DNA of 64,000 bases, taken from positions 21,807-85,806 of IMG/VR virus record IMGVR_UViG_3300045988_144274, one strand, 5' to 3'. Numbering within the stretch: position 1 is the first letter of the stretch; every line of letters starts with the position of its first letter. Positions 27,270-35,551 of the stretch are shown piece by piece. The notes beneath the pieces were generated by a model, which was given only the letters and a program-made list of their open reading frames with translations, was not told the DNA's origin and ran no database searches. Both the position numbers and the translations under genes were made by a program. Source of the DNA: a virus.

Positions 27270-27897
27270 ATTTTTTATTTTTAAAGTGTTTAATTAGCTC
27301 TTCCACGGTAGCCTTGTGAAAACTTCCTGAAATGATTGTTGCGTGCATCCAATTTATATCCCAAAAGAATACGCTACCTTTAGGTTCTGTAAAATAGTGG
27401 TCGTTACCCACAGCATCATCATAAGAAACGCTAAGGGGTGAATCTGCTATAAACCATTGATTTTCATTTGTATCATCCCTTAATGCAACTATAGCAAGAA
27501 AAAGATTTTCGTTGGTTCCGCAATCAATAAAACTATCGTCTAGTGATACATTATAAGGAACGTATTCGCCATCAATAGTTGTAATTAATTTGCTATCATC
27601 AGTTATTTGGAAAGGATTTCCATATTTTTTATATCCCAACTCTTCCAACTTCTTCCGAAGCTCCGGTGTATTTTTGCGTATAAACGCTGCTGTTGTAAAT
27701 CTCATAGTTATTTCCTCCTTCTTTACCAATTCAACTTCTGTCGGCTCTTCATCTTCCCATTTTACTTCGGGAAACAGTTCAGAATCAAGCCTAATCCAAT
27801 CAAAGCAATGTTTTGTTGGTTGCCAATATTCATCAATCTTTACGGGTCCTCCAGTGAAAAGGCATAAATCCCCACATTTGTCTCTTGTTACATACAT
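27256..27897 (-). CDS. hypothetical protein, paralogue family A
   Basis: C-terminal 150 aa align by eye with 11396..11857. Confidence 0.6.
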   Translation of the reverse strand: MYVTRDKCGDLCLFTGGPVKIDEYWQPTKHCFDWIRLDSELFPEVKWEDEEPTEVELVKKEEITMRFTTAAFIRKNTPELRKKLEELGYKKYGNPFQITDDSKLITTIDGEYVPYNVSLDDSFIDCGTNENLFLAIVALRDDTNENQWFIADSPLSVSYDDAVGNDHYFTEPKGSVFFWDINWMHATIISGSFHKATVEELIKHFKNKKYETI

Positions 27898-27925
27898 ATT
27901 ATCATCCTTTCTATTTAACGCTATG

Positions 27926-28168
27926 CTAATTAATCTTATAAGTTACGCCCAAACATAACACTTTATCAGACACACCTATATCGTCAAATTCAAGTTCTAC
28001 ATATTGGGTTTCGTATGGATAAGGATATATTCGACCATATTTGTTATGCAACTCTCTTACTTCATCATCCGACAATTTGCGCCTAACTCTCATCTCAATT
28101 TCGTAATCATCGGAAAGATTTTCAATGATTTTTCTAAGCTGCCCTACATTCTTTACCTCCATGTTCAA
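27926..28168 (-). CDS. hypothetical protein
   Basis: Track ORF in the minus-strand array. Confidence 0.5.
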   Translation of the reverse strand: MNMEVKNVGQLRKIIENLSDDYEIEMRVRRKLSDDEVRELHNKYGRIYPYPYETQYVELEFDDIGVSDKVLCLGVTYKIN

Positions 28169-28368
28169 TCTCCTTCCCCCTTTAAATCATTAATTGCAAT
28201 ATCCCTAATACTTCTAGTGCCAAATCCGCTATAAGTCAACGTTCCTCCATAAAACTTAAGAGTGTCTCCTTTAACAGTAATAATCGTTCCACCTTTTAAA
28301 GGACCAGCTATATCATCTTTACAAGATAATAACATGATTATCATAAGTATAATTAATATAAATCTCAT
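28165..28368 (-). CDS. small lipoprotein with Bacteroidota surface-export-like signal
   Basis: Signal peptide ending LLSC followed by KDD. Confidence 0.55.
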   Translation of the reverse strand: MRFILIILMIIMLLSCKDDIAGPLKGGTIITVKGDTLKFYGGTLTYSGFGTRSIRDIAINDLKGEGD

Positions 28369-28387
28369 TAGTCAATCTCCTTTCTCT

Positions 28388-28525
28388 TTAATCTGTTCTA
28401 GTATATTCTATCTTAATTTTTTTAATTTTACACCACTCGTCAAAGGTTATTACACTTATATGCCCATATTGTTCCAATAAAGATTGTTCATATTGAAACA
28501 GTTCTTTTGCTGCTTCTTCAGTCAT
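28388..28525 (-). CDS. small hypothetical protein (45 aa, below track cutoff)
   Basis: Hand-read ORF preceded by AAAGGAG. Confidence 0.4.
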   Translation of the reverse strand: MTEEAAKELFQYEQSLLEQYGHISVITFDEWCKIKKIKIEYTRTD

Positions 28526-28547
28526 TTATTAATCTCCTTTCTAATAT

Positions 28548-28862
28548 TTATTCGTCAAACTTCGGTATTGGCATCCAGTGGGTAATTTCTCCGAAGACTT
28601 TATAAGCGTCTTCTCCGTAAGTAATAAATCCACTATTTTTGCCATGAAGATAGGCAGTGCACTTTCCACCATATTCACCACGTACTAATACTATGTCTTG
28701 ATTATCCGGCAACCTGTCCTCTACGCTTATCCATGGAGATTGCTTTGCGTTCCATTCAGCACCAGCGATAAAATCATCCTGTGTTTCTCTATACAAAATT
28801 CCTCTATCAGTAGGTTCATACTGCCCGTCAGCGTATTCTTTTGCAGCTTCTTGTATATTCAT
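28548..28862 (-). CDS. DUF551 domain protein
   Basis: WISVEDRLPDNQD ... ITHWMPIPKF. Confidence 0.6.
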   Translation of the reverse strand: MNIQEAAKEYADGQYEPTDRGILYRETQDDFIAGAEWNAKQSPWISVEDRLPDNQDIVLVRGEYGGKCTAYLHGKNSGFITYGEDAYKVFGEITHWMPIPKFDE

Positions 28863-28874
28863 ATTTTATTTGTT

Positions 28875-29090
28875 TTAAATAAATACATAATCTCCGTTTT
28901 GGAATCCCCAAATAGTATGTAGTAAAATCCAATCATCTTGAAATTTACATCCATCCTTTTCGCATTCAACCACCAGCATATTTGCTTTATCAGCATAAAT
29001 TAATGGGGTTACGATACCTGTAAATACACCATTTCGTCCGGTGAATTTATTACCTTCCTTTAATCGCTTGATTATTTCCTCTTGATTCAT
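28875..29090 (-). CDS. hypothetical protein
   Basis: Track ORF in the minus-strand array. Confidence 0.5.
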   Translation of the reverse strand: MNQEEIIKRLKEGNKFTGRNGVFTGIVTPLIYADKANMLVVECEKDGCKFQDDWILLHTIWGFQNGDYVFI

Positions 29091-29092
29091 AT

Positions 29093-29332
29093 TTATCTTG
29101 TTTTACGTTTTTCTATTAGTTCTTCTTCACTGACGGTCGTATTAGAAAGGTCGCAAAGATTAGAAATATTTGTTGTATTATTTGGTTTACAATACAAACA
29201 CATTTGAGTAAACGGTGAATATACCCTTCCACACTTCGGACAAATCCATCCTTGCTGTCCGAACATTCCGTTATACGTATTTACTGCACTTGATTCTATT
29301 TTTGGGACAGAACCTTGATTTATACTTTCCAT
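29093..29332 (-). CDS. zinc-ribbon protein
   Basis: CPKCG-x13-CLYC. Confidence 0.5.
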   Translation of the reverse strand: MESINQGSVPKIESSAVNTYNGMFGQQGWICPKCGRVYSPFTQMCLYCKPNNTTNISNLCDLSNTTVSEEELIEKRKTR

Positions 29333-29347
29333 ATTTTTATATTTTAG

Positions 29348-29569
29348 TTATTTCTTATGTATCAATCGTTTAATAGCATCCTTTTTAGAGTATGCCATAA
29401 CTTTCTTTCCTTTTATGGTAAACTCTCTCAACTCTTTAATTGATGACTTAACTTTATAGTCAGGATTAAAAGCCATTTCTTTTTTACGATTTATTGAGTA
29501 TGAATTATAACTTTGCGCTGCTGCACACATTGCTGCTGTTGCCAGTAACATTTGCTTTATCTTACTCAT
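29348..29569 (-). CDS. small secreted basic protein
   Basis: N-terminal signal-like LLATAAMCAAAQS. Confidence 0.5.
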   Translation of the reverse strand: MSKIKQMLLATAAMCAAAQSYNSYSINRKKEMAFNPDYKVKSSIKELREFTIKGKKVMAYSKKDAIKRLIHKK

Positions 29570-29844
29570 AATGATAGTTTTTTAATGTCATCCACTGATA
29601 GTTTATCCTTTCCTTTGGCATATTCGAAGAATCCTACTACAGAACATACACGTTCAGGAAGGTCATAATCACCTGTTTCAGGTAATGTCACCAAGATACT
29701 AAGTCCTGTTCCATTAATATATTCGCAAGAAACGAAATCGTCAAAATCAATATACTTTTGTGCCTCTACAGCTAGAAGGTCGCAGTAGTGTAGATATGTA
29801 TTGTAGCCTCCAATAGCATCATCTATTAATTTATCTATATTCAT
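29566..29844 (-). CDS. hypothetical protein
   Basis: Track ORF in the minus-strand array. Confidence 0.5.
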   Translation of the reverse strand: MNIDKLIDDAIGGYNTYLHYCDLLAVEAQKYIDFDDFVSCEYINGTGLSILVTLPETGDYDLPERVCSVVGFFEYAKGKDKLSVDDIKKLSL

Positions 29845-29846
29845 TT

Positions 29847-30158
29847 CTATTCTTGTTTAACATATTTATAAATTAGGATAGTATCAGTAACAGTCTTATG
29901 TTCTGTATTAGCATCAATCTTCTGTTTAAATTCTGTACTATTCCTTTCTTTGCAATACTTACAATTCCCTTTATGATCGATGCTAGTTACTATATATCCA
30001 TAATAAGTCCTTGATTGAACCATAATGTACTCACACGAATCAATCTCAATTACATCATATTCAAGAGTTGAATCTTTCTCTGTTCTTGCTTTTTGTCCAC
30101 ATGACATTAATAATAACGCCATTAGTGCTAAAAATAAATAGTAAATATTACTTTTCAT
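29847..30158 (-). CDS. lipoprotein
   Basis: Signal peptide with lipobox LLMSC. Confidence 0.55.
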   Translation of the reverse strand: MKSNIYYLFLALMALLLMSCGQKARTEKDSTLEYDVIEIDSCEYIMVQSRTYYGYIVTSIDHKGNCKYCKERNSTEFKQKIDANTEHKTVTDTILIYKYVKQE

Positions 30159-30571
30159 AATTGTATGTTTAATTCTTTATTTGTAATTGCAAAATATAAG
30201 TTTTGTACCTCATGTATATAATTAATAGGCATGTAATTCCATGTATTCAATATCGTTCTAAAATTATTGTCAAAATACATAATTCGTTGTTTCTTTCCTT
30301 GTCCATCATCGGGAGAAAGCATACCACACATTTTATTATCAGAATTTATATATTCAAATCCACAAGTCAAAAGTACTTCTTCGGTCAGAGGAATACCTTC
30401 AACTTTAGATTCCTCCTCTTCTCTGAAAGTACCATCTTCCATCTCTATTGTTATGTTGTAATCGTCATTAGCACATTCATTACAAAATGTATTACTCATT
30501 AGAGATACTACTTTCCCAATTCCTTCGTCTATTTTAACGTAATTACCAATTCTTAATTCTTCTGCTTTCAT
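30155..30571 (-). CDS. hypothetical protein, paralogue family B
   Basis: See 24493..24927. Confidence 0.6.
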   Translation of the reverse strand: MKAEELRIGNYVKIDEGIGKVVSLMSNTFCNECANDDYNITIEMEDGTFREEEESKVEGIPLTEEVLLTCGFEYINSDNKMCGMLSPDDGQGKKQRIMYFDNNFRTILNTWNYMPINYIHEVQNLYFAITNKELNIQL

Positions 30572-30573
30572 GA

Positions 30574-30732
30574 TTATTTATATTTTTTAGAAAGTTTGAT
30601 AACAAAATCAATAACATCAAAGCCTATAAAAAAAGGCATACATATAGATAAAAGATCCACATTCTCGTTTACACATTGATGGTTAATGCTTTCAGCTATT
30701 AATATAGCTGATAATAATATTACTGTTCGCAT
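30574..30732 (-). CDS. small membrane protein (52 aa, below track cutoff)
   Basis: Hand-read ORF overlapping the upstream gene end by 13 nt. Hydrophobic. Confidence 0.35.
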   Translation of the reverse strand: MRTVILLSAILIAESINHQCVNENVDLLSICMPFFIGFDVIDFVIKLSKKYK

Positions 30733-31121
30733 AATGGTTTCATTCTTTGTATTAAGTGAAGAGAGAGAGTCATTAATTGTTTAACTTGCTCTTCATTTGG
30801 ATAATCTTCTTCGTAAAAGTCTATTATATTCAATAAGGTATCACAACCGGAACAAGAACCATAATAGGTATGTGTCATAAGATAATCTTCTATTCCAGGC
30901 TGATATACATCTTTTTCAGGGATGATGAATATCTCTGTACCTGACCAATCTCCATCATCAATTACGTGTATATTTTCCACATCATATTCAGATATAACAT
31001 ACGTGAATATAGCTCTTACTATTTTTAAGTATGAATCATATTCTTTCAATTCGTTTTCTCTAAACCATTTTTCCAACTTATGCTTATTAGCTTCCCATTG
31101 ATCTATAATTTCTTTTATCAT
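30720..31121 (-). CDS. hypothetical protein with YGSCSGCD motif
   Basis: Track ORF. Function not recognised. Confidence 0.55.
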   Translation of the reverse strand: MIKEIIDQWEANKHKLEKWFRENELKEYDSYLKIVRAIFTYVISEYDVENIHVIDDGDWSGTEIFIIPEKDVYQPGIEDYLMTHTYYGSCSGCDTLLNIIDFYEEDYPNEEQVKQLMTLSLHLIQRMKPLCEQ

Positions 31122-32714
31122 AGCTTTTATTATTAAATTCGTTTACACATTGGTATTATTACTTCTTCGATTTCTCTCCATGGTACTTATTTATGAGTCT
31201 ACACAAGTATTCTCAATGGTGTCTCCACTCCACCTCTACTCACTACTTGCATATAGCTTTCGTGAGATACTTTTCTTAAAATTCCTATCGTTCCGTTAAG
31301 GTCAGCATTCAGGATTTTCCCTGTACTGCTACGGTATAGACCTCTCTTTATTCGTTTACCCAAGTAACTATCATGGTGACACATCTCTTCTCCGGCATAG
31401 TGGTCAACTTTAGAAGTATAGCTTTCTTCTGTTATGACTACCCTTATTCCCACTTCTTCGGATTTATACTGTATCATGGATATAAGCTTTTCAAATGGTA
31501 TGCTTACAAAGTTCTGATTGTTTCTCTTTCCCATATTACAGTTTTGCTTCCAGTCTTTATTGTTTCCTATTACAATAGTACCGATATGATGTTCTATACA
31601 ATAGTTTACAATAAAACGTGATGCTTTATGCATATAGTCATTTACTTTACAATTTCTCTTTAATGTCAGCTTACCTATTCTATTACTCGTACCTCTGTTC
31701 CCTATATAGCTCATGAGTAATGATATTTTCTTGTTAAAGTATTGGTTGATGGATTTCAACGGTCTGCCATTTACGATAAAACTCTTTTGATTGAGTGAAT
31801 CGTATGAAGTTACAAGATTATTCAATCCTAAATCAATACTCAAATAAGAATCCGGCTCTAGTCCGGTGGTTTCAATACTTTCCTTTTCATATACTACTTC
31901 TATTATGTGGCAACTACATTGAGGTATAATCCTCACTTGGCACAAATTAGTCACCTTTGTTCTTAACGGTTGTATGTTCGCTTTCTTCGGGAAGTGGATG
32001 TATCCGTCATTCAACTTGCATTGTTGCGAGGTGAATACGACTATGTTCCGTCCTTTCGTCTTATGCTTGTACTTTGGAAGTTTCGGTTTTCCTTTCAACT
32101 TGTCCTTGCACTTGCACAGCTTGAAGAACGACTCCCAGTTCTTGAATAGCAACTTAACTATCTGTTGACTTGTCTGTGACGGTAGAACGATATAGTCAGC
32201 CTGTTTTTCTTTTGCAAGCCTTGTAGTAACTTCATATTCAGATAACATCTTCCCATTCTGCGTAAATTCCTGACGTATCAGATAGTTCACGTAGTTGTAC
32301 AAGTTCTTGGATAAAAAGCAAAGATTATCCAAATTCTTATCTCCAATGATAATATGTCGTTCTACTCGCTGCATACATAAATATAATCAATTATATGCTT
32401 GTTTTTATTAATTATCTTTCATTTATTAAACTATCCAAGAGCTTTAAGCCTTCACGAGCAGGTAAAAGTTTGCCTAAAGAGAAATATTTCTATCTCTCTC
32501 GGCTTAAACTTTAAAAGTCTACGATTGAACTATCCTGTCGCCCATCGCCTCTTTCGCAGTCTTGAATATCAACGTAAATAATTCAAGTTCACTCTAATCG
32601 GTTTACGTCCCGAACATACAGACATCGTTTATGCCATTGTGATATGTATGTAGCCCCTTGTATCACATTTACAACTTTCTTTCCAAGCGGTCTTTACTGC
32701 AATAATTTTCGGTG
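31122..32714 (-). mobile_element. tnpA-less IS200/IS605-type (IS1341-like) element, ends not resolved
   Basis: tnpB plus a 77-nt downstream gap and a ~340-nt ORF-free upstream segment. No Y1 transposase, terminal hairpins or target duplication could be assigned by eye. Confidence 0.3.
31199..32374 (-). CDS. tnpB: TnpB RNA-guided endonuclease (IS200/IS605-family accessory protein)
   Basis: RuvC-I SIDLGLNN, RuvC-II ITEESYTSK and RuvC-III NADLNGTIGILRK are all present. The usual CxxC...CxxC zinc finger between RuvC-II and RuvC-III is absent (single Cys). Confidence 0.85.
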   Translation of the reverse strand: MQRVERHIIIGDKNLDNLCFLSKNLYNYVNYLIRQEFTQNGKMLSEYEVTTRLAKEKQADYIVLPSQTSQQIVKLLFKNWESFFKLCKCKDKLKGKPKLPKYKHKTKGRNIVVFTSQQCKLNDGYIHFPKKANIQPLRTKVTNLCQVRIIPQCSCHIIEVVYEKESIETTGLEPDSYLSIDLGLNNLVTSYDSLNQKSFIVNGRPLKSINQYFNKKISLLMSYIGNRGTSNRIGKLTLKRNCKVNDYMHKASRFIVNYCIEHHIGTIVIGNNKDWKQNCNMGKRNNQNFVSIPFEKLISMIQYKSEEVGIRVVITEESYTSKVDHYAGEEMCHHDSYLGKRIKRGLYRSSTGKILNADLNGTIGILRKVSHESYMQVVSRGGVETPLRILV

Positions 32715-32752
32715 TAAAAAGAAAGCCGTATTAAGAATCAACTTAATACGGC
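32714..32752 (-). terminator. intrinsic terminator (second of a tandem pair)
   Basis: On the minus strand: GCCGUAUUAAG-uugauu-CUUAAUACGGC followed by UUUCUUUUU. Confidence 0.7.
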
Positions 32753-32764
32753 ATCCTAAAAAGG

Positions 32765-32816
32765 AAATCCGTATTAGCGAACTGTCTATGACAGGTAGGA
32801 CACACTATACGGATTT
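32765..32816 (-). terminator. branched hairpin with U-tract (first of a tandem pair)
   Basis: AAATCCGTAT / ATACGGATTT stem enclosing CTGTC-tat-GACAG. On the minus strand it is followed by CCUUUUU. Confidence 0.5.
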
Positions 32817-32991
32817 ATTATTATATCCAATTTTAAAAAAAAATGTTTCTATAATGTCTGCATAGGTGTCCTACTTCCTAATACATCGGCAAATATCTTC
32901 TTTATTTTTGAGATGAGCAAGAGAAAAGTAGTATTTAACATTTATATAACTTTTAAACAACCTTATGGATAACCATACTAAAACCACATGG

Positions 32992-33129
32992 TTATAATAG
33001 GATAACATCTTTGGTTGCTTCGGTTTTCACATTTTCAATGAGATAATCACTCCATCCATCGTTGAATTTCACATCTCTAGTTTTATCTTCTACTTCTTCA
33101 AGTAGTTCAATCAAAGCTTCAACTGTCAT
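32992..33129 (-). CDS. small protein (45 aa), tandem paralogue 2
   Basis: Hand-read ORF MTVEALIELLEEVEDKTRDV..., starting 2 nt after the paralogue upstream. Confidence 0.45.
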   Translation of the reverse strand: MTVEALIELLEEVEDKTRDVKFNDGWSDYLIENVKTEATKDVILL

Positions 33130-33131
33130 AT

Positions 33132-33266
33132 TCAATAATCATAAAGTTCAACACAATCTTCACGCTCTATGACATCTTTCACTTCATCGTCAAAAATGTC
33201 TATTCTCACAGGTTTGCTTTTATCTTTAATTTCAGATAAAATATCAATTAGTTCTTGCACTGTCAT
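33132..33266 (-). CDS. small protein (44 aa), tandem paralogue 1
   Basis: Hand-read ORF MTVQELIDILSEIKDKSKPV... preceded by TAGGAGGAT. Confidence 0.45.
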   Translation of the reverse strand: MTVQELIDILSEIKDKSKPVRIDIFDDEVKDVIEREDCVELYDY

Positions 33267-33307
33267 AATTTATCCTCCTATTTTACATTAAGTGTTCACT
33301 GCCTTAA

Positions 33308-33511
33308 TTAAACCTCTTGTACTTTCAATATTTCATCTAGCCGAAACAAAGCTCTATCATATTCTACTTCATTGTCAAAGTAGAAATACCTTGTTCCGTT
33401 CCCGTACTTCATTTCAATGCAGAATTTACCACTTGAAACACTATTTCCACGTCCTTTGTATTCTTTGATACTTGCGTCTTTCAATCGTTGATTTTGTATT
33501 CTTATCCACAT
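33308..33511 (-). CDS. hypothetical protein
   Basis: Track ORF in the accessory island. Confidence 0.5.
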   Translation of the reverse strand: MWIRIQNQRLKDASIKEYKGRGNSVSSGKFCIEMKYGNGTRYFYFDNEVEYDRALFRLDEILKVQEV

Positions 33512-33620
33512 ATTTTTATGATTTAAATGATTCTACTAGTCACCAAATTAACAAACTTTCTATTGCTATTCTAATAAAAGGGAATAAATTCAGTTTCTTT
33601 TAGCTTTCTCATATCATTTG

Positions 33621-33914
33621 TTATTGATTAAATACTATAATAATATCACCATTAATTAAAATAGATTCATAATTAGGGATACAAACATCTTTTATAAAGA
33701 TACAATTTGTCTTTTTCAATTTATATAAATATTCATCTAATAAATCTTGTTTCTTAATAGGAACATTCACTACTAGACAAATATCTTCATCGTTTCCGTT
33801 AATTGTTGTAATAAAAGCACCATCACTAGCGTTAATTGTTAATGTCTTAGGATTATTTGTCGTTTGAGAATCAAACACTAAGGTAATTTTATTTGTTTTC
33901 ATATCATTATTCAA
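33621..33914 (-). CDS. hypothetical protein
   Basis: Track ORF in the accessory island. Confidence 0.5.
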   Translation of the reverse strand: MNNDMKTNKITLVFDSQTTNNPKTLTINASDGAFITTINGNDEDICLVVNVPIKKQDLLDEYLYKLKKTNCIFIKDVCIPNYESILINGDIIIVFNQ

Positions 33915-34110
33915 TTACATACATTAATAAACCATCTTTTGCTTTTATTTCTACCAATATTTCTTTGCAATTTAATCTCTTTTTTAGAAATTCTAAGGTG
34001 CTTGTTCTAGCAAAGCAATTCTTTGTGGAAACATACATAACTTCCCCATTACTTTCAATAGAAACTATTCCTTTGATATACTTTCTAATAATATCTTCTT
34101 TGCTTTCCAT
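33907..34110 (-). CDS. hypothetical protein
   Basis: Track ORF in the accessory island. Confidence 0.5.
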   Translation of the reverse strand: MESKEDIIRKYIKGIVSIESNGEVMYVSTKNCFARTSTLEFLKKRLNCKEILVEIKAKDGLLMYVIE

Positions 34111-34113
34111 AAC

Positions 34114-34317
34114 TTAAATGTTTAATAATTCACTTTCTTTAATTCTTAACTCCAATGTTTTAGGGTATCTCATCTTCACATCTATAAATTCAACGACATA
34201 AAGATTATTTCCCTTGACTCCAAACATATCCTTTATAGTATGATATGCTTTGAACTGATACCTTTCATCAGGATATTTATTCCTGAAATAATTCTCTATT
34301 AAAATTCTTTTGCTCAT
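34114..34317 (-). CDS. hypothetical protein
   Basis: Track ORF in the accessory island. Confidence 0.5.
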   Translation of the reverse strand: MSKRILIENYFRNKYPDERYQFKAYHTIKDMFGVKGNNLYVVEFIDVKMRYPKTLELRIKESELLNI

Positions 34318-34348
34318 AGCTTTATATAAATTTAATATTATCTCGTTT

Positions 34349-35083
34349 TTACTTCATTATCTTTTTAAGTTTCCGATACATTGCAGCAGCACGAACTGAA
34401 TTATATTCCATTCCTGTAGCTGTCTTTTGATTCAGATTATTCAATTTTTGTGCAATATCTCCCCAAATTTCGTAGTTTCTAGGCTCTCCCTTATCTTTTA
34501 TCCAATCAGTAATGAAAGCCCAAAAAAACACATTACTTTCATTAACACGTGCATTTTCTCGCCTTTTGTTTGCGGACTCATCGTGCATCTTATTTATTGA
34601 AACTATTCTATCTGTAGAACTATTCTTTCCCCACAATTCTTTTGTTCCTCCTGTTTGCTCATTACGTTTTTTCTTTGCTGCTAAAGCCGCTTTTGTACGT
34701 ATGCTAACCAACAATGCTTCTCTTTCAGCCAAACTGAAGAATAATGTCAAAGTAAATTTGTCACTATTAGGTAAATCACAAAAAACAATATTGTTTTCAC
34801 CAATTTCCGCTAATACTTGTAGTGCCTCTAATGTATTACGGAAACGATCGCACTTAGCAATAATCAATTTAGCATTTTCTTTCTTTGCGTGTTCAATCGC
34901 TTTCCGTAATTCCGTACATTTAGACAATTCCGTTCCGGTATAAATTTCTTCATAGTCCGCCAACAACAAACCGTTATCTTTTTCTATGAAGTAATTTATA
35001 ATGTCTTTTTGTGCCTCAAGTCCTAAACCAGATCGACCTTGTTTTTGCGTTGACACCCTACGCCAAGAAATATACTTATTCAT
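34349..35083 (-). CDS. small serine recombinase (resolvase/invertase type)
   Basis: N-terminal catalytic domain with SWRRVSTQKQ (catalytic Ser), LEAQ, IIAKCDRFRN and FFSLAEREALLVSIRTKAAL. Short C-terminal domain. Confidence 0.8.
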   Translation of the reverse strand: MNKYISWRRVSTQKQGRSGLGLEAQKDIINYFIEKDNGLLLADYEEIYTGTELSKCTELRKAIEHAKKENAKLIIAKCDRFRNTLEALQVLAEIGENNIVFCDLPNSDKFTLTLFFSLAEREALLVSIRTKAALAAKKKRNEQTGGTKELWGKNSSTDRIVSINKMHDESANKRRENARVNESNVFFWAFITDWIKDKGEPRNYEIWGDIAQKLNNLNQKTATGMEYNSVRAAAMYRKLKKIMK

Positions 35084-35175
35084 ATTACTATTTTTTAGTT
35101 AGCCCTTCAAATACAGTACATCCACCCCAAATAATCAAACATATTATAAACAACATTTTTTACTCCTTTCTTTAT

Positions 35176-35379
35176 TTAAAGACCATTATCAATAGCCTTG
35201 TCGACACTCATAAATGAGAATATTTTTGAATTTATTTCATGTAAATTCATTCTATATTTGGCTTTTCTCATTTCGTAATAACTTTTAAAACCTTTCGTTA
35301 TTTCCGGCTTATTGGCAAAATTAGTGATTTCAACCAATACATGTGTATATCCATTCTCTTTGTAATCTTTTGCTTTCAT
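35176..35379 (-). CDS. hypothetical protein
   Basis: Track ORF in the accessory island. Confidence 0.5.
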   Translation of the reverse strand: MKAKDYKENGYTHVLVEITNFANKPEITKGFKSYYEMRKAKYRMNLHEINSKIFSFMSVDKAIDNGL

Positions 35380-35383
35380 ATTA

Positions 35384-35551
35384 TCACTTTTTATTAATAT
35401 GTTTATTACTTTTCTTTAATAATAACTCCCTTTGAATTTCATTCGCTGCAAGTCCTTCCAGTTCTTTTTCAAAAGATTCATTAAAAATACCTCTTTGATA
35501 TTTTGACTGATTAGGAATGAAATTTATTGGATCAAACTTTTTCTTTTTCAT
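35384..35551 (-). CDS. small basic protein (55 aa, below track cutoff)
   Basis: Hand-read ORF. ATGA overlap with the upstream gene stop. Confidence 0.4.
   Translation of the reverse strand: MKKKKFDPINFIPNQSKYQRGIFNESFEKELEGLAANEIQRELLLKKSNKHINKK

Noticed and set aside
32725-32752. Hairpin AGCCGTAT...ATACGGC resembling group II intron domain V
   Set aside because: It has a perfect 11-bp stem without the 2-nt bulge, a 6-nt non-GNRA loop, and no intron-encoded protein or 5' GUGYG. A following U-tract on the minus strand makes it an ordinary intrinsic terminator.
32399-32865. Track ORFs 32399..32581 and 32644..32865 upstream of tnpB
   Set aside because: They run through terminator hairpins and structured repeats on the opposite strand to all neighbouring genes, and their translations look random. 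I also looked for a decayed Y1 (HUH) transposase in all frames read by eye and found no HUH or Tyr motif.
31199-35083. IS607-type element (serine recombinase TnpA plus TnpB)
   Set aside because: The recombinase is 2 kb away and separated from tnpB by about six unrelated genes and tandem terminators. It has the catalytic domain at the N-terminus (resolvase order) rather than the HTH-first order of IS607 TnpA.
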